NCBI GenBank assembly: GCA_047602405.1
Contig: JASGHJ010000001.1
Coordinates: 1,181,228-1,245,227 of the forward strand
Source of the DNA: Anaeromyxobacteraceae bacterium
Lineage (GTDB): Bacteria; Myxococcota; Myxococcia; Myxococcales; Anaeromyxobacteraceae
Direction of reading: 5' to 3'
Length of the DNA stretch: 64,000 bases
Shown: positions 63,085 through 64,000 of the stretch, piece after piece
Layout: the number at the start of each line of letters is the position of its first letter
Position numbering within the stretch: position 1 is the stretch's first letter
Made by a program: the position numbers and the translations under genes
Notes under the pieces: model-generated
Told to the model about the DNA's origin: nothing
Seen by the model: the letters and a program-made list of their open reading frames with translations, nothing else
Database searches by the model: none

Positions 63085-64000
63085 GTGCGCATTCGCCGCA
63101 GGGCGTTCGTGGCGCCGTGGGTCCTCGCGGTCGCGCTCTCGGCGTGCTCGCACGAGCCGGACCCCGCGCCGGCGGACGGGGATCCGGGTCCGGACCCGGT
63201 CACCGTCGTGCTCTCGCTGGAGCGGCTCGATCCCGAGCTCACGAACGCGACGACCTACGGGGTCGTGGTCCACGCGTCGCCCGACCTGCCGGTGTCGATC
63301 GAGCTGGATGGGGTCGCCGTCGCCGCGGGACGCGACCTCCAGGTCGTGCGGGCGCCGATCGACGCGGCCGTGAGCGGGACCCACGCGCTCGTCGCGGTCG
63401 CCCGGATCGACGGCGAGCGGTTCGAGAGCGCGCCGCTCGCGTTCCGGGTGGACCGGACCCCGCCCTCGCTCGTGGCGCTGTCCCCGGACATCGGCGTCGC
63501 CCTGCCCCCGGTCGACGTCATCGCCACCTTCGGCGAGCCCGTGACCCTCGTGAAGGCGGAAATGCTGGTCTCCGGGGCGGCGGTGTACGAACCGCCGAGC
63601 TCACTCTCCGCCGATGGCCTCACCGTCCGGGTGACGCTCGGCTGGTTCATGTGGAAGGCCACGAACGTGCGGCTCGTCGTGAAGGACGCGCTCGGGAACG
63701 CCGGCACGTACCTGCTCGGCCCGTGGCTGCCCGGCCCGCTGGAGGTGGAGCTCTCCGGCGTGCCCGCGGGGCCGCTGCGCGGGACGGTCCCGTTCTCGGT
63801 CCGGTGGCGCGGCCCGGCGTTGCTGGACGTCCTGGTGGGCGGCATTGGCTTCGCGACCCTCCAGGCGCCCGCGGGCCAGGACGGCTGGCGCGAGGGGCAG
63901 GCGGAGATCGACACCCGCGGCGTCCCCGACGGTCCCGCCACCGTCAGGCTCTACTACGACGGGTACGAGTCCCACTACCAGCAGTGGACGATCGACAACA
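63085..64000 (+). CDS. Lipoprotein with Ig-like domains (3' end outside window)
   Basis: GGAGG SD; lipobox LSAC; VDRTPP..ATFGEPV Big-like motif; frame open to window end. Confidence 0.7.
   Translation, partial: MRIRRRAFVAPWVLAVALSACSHEPDPAPADGDPGPDPVTVVLSLERLDPELTNATTYGVVVHASPDLPVSIELDGVAVAAGRDLQVVRAPIDAAVSGTHALVAVARIDGERFESAPLAFRVDRTPPSLVALSPDIGVALPPVDVIATFGEPVTLVKAEMLVSGAAVYEPPSSLSADGLTVRVTLGWFMWKATNVRLVVKDALGNAGTYLLGPWLPGPLEVELSGVPAGPLRGTVPFSVRWRGPALLDVLVGGIGFATLQAPAGQDGWREGQAEIDTRGVPDGPATVRLYYDGYESHYQQWTIDN

Overview
Very GC-rich bacterial chromosomal DNA. Gene content (dnaB, metH, rimO, rnj, pcrA/uvrD, yajQ, lolA, mgtE, thiE/thiD, a CxxxxCH multiheme cytochrome, an ECF sigma beside a Ser/Thr kinase, many lipoproteins) points to Myxococcota, Anaeromyxobacter-like (inference). 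I support about 57 CDS. I found no rRNA, tRNA, CRISPR array or transposase. Eight single-base frameshifts break otherwise intact genes; four sit in GATC sites, so I treat them as probable read errors. Main signals that the ORF track misses or leaves unexplained: (1) a signal-peptide rhodanese with an in-frame TGA and a SECIS-like hairpin (candidate exported selenoprotein); (2) nine DnaA-box-like 9-mers phased at 11 bp upstream of dnaB; (3) a lipoprotein joining thrombospondin/COMP-like EGF repeats to a thrombospondin C-terminal domain, next to an ECF sigma, a small membrane protein and a kinase; (4) a coupled small protein-peptide-SagB dehydrogenase operon with no YcaO; (5) GTAG-type REP-like repeats, several translated inside genes; (6) a recurring -10 box 6-8 nt before start codons, suggesting leaderless mRNAs; (7) an orphan minus-strand terminator, suggesting an sRNA opposite mgtE. 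All family assignments are from motif recognition by eye; no searches were run.
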